Source of the DNA: Squalus acanthias
Taxonomy: Eukaryota
Direction of reading: 5' to 3'
NCBI GenBank assembly: GCA_030390025.1
Contig: JASTWF010000031.1
Coordinates: 1,550,001-1,614,000 of the forward strand
DNA length: 64,000 bases
Below are positions 63,765-64,000 of the stretch, in pieces. Under the pieces are notes generated by a model, which was not told where the DNA came from, did no database searches, and was given only the letters and a program-made list of their open reading frames with translations. Numbering within the stretch: position 1 is the first letter of the stretch; each line of letters starts with the position of its first letter. Position numbers and translations under genes: made by a program.

Positions 63765-64000
63765 GTAAGCATTTTTTTTACATGTTTCTATTGTGTTTTA
63801 ACATTAACTCTTCACTTTAAGTTAGAGAGGTCATAAAGCCGACCGCTGTCCAAAATCTCAATTGGATGAAATTGTGATATCTTGTATCTATTGTATACAT
63901 ATTGACTTCATTTTAAAGTAAGAATGTGATATCAATAATGTACTGTCACTACTGCTACAGACAGAATGTTGTGGGAGCATTAATGACAATTAGAAATTGT

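Overview
Vertebrate genomic DNA, most likely a cartilaginous fish (inferred from shark-type CR1, Penelope and Deu-domain SINE repeats). The whole window lies inside one + strand gene, the spectraplakin MACF1 (ACF7). I traced 32 phase-compatible GT-AG exons from 666 to 63764 (5174 coding nt, about 1725 aa) encoding the distal spectrin-repeat rod, two EF-hands, the GAR/Gas2 microtubule-binding domain and the start of the Ser-rich tail. The gene continues beyond both ends of the window. Four frame-preserving small exons missed by the ORF track are also visible: 9 nt NAE, 18 nt FFLGNQ, a candidate 9 nt ETK and a 66 nt cassette. A dense RBFOX (TGCATG) motif cluster lies after the FFLGNQ microexon. 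Introns contain CR1 and L2 LINE fragments, SINEs, a G-rich minisatellite, many non-autonomous DNA transposons (PIF/Harbinger-, Tc1/mariner- and piggyBac-like) with readable TIRs and TSDs, and two Penelope elements carrying minimal hammerhead-ribozyme motifs. I see no prokaryote-style novel system. The best leads are the microexon programme, the Penelope hammerheads and the CpG-rich MITE families. Family assignments rely on recalled consensus features, not database searches.
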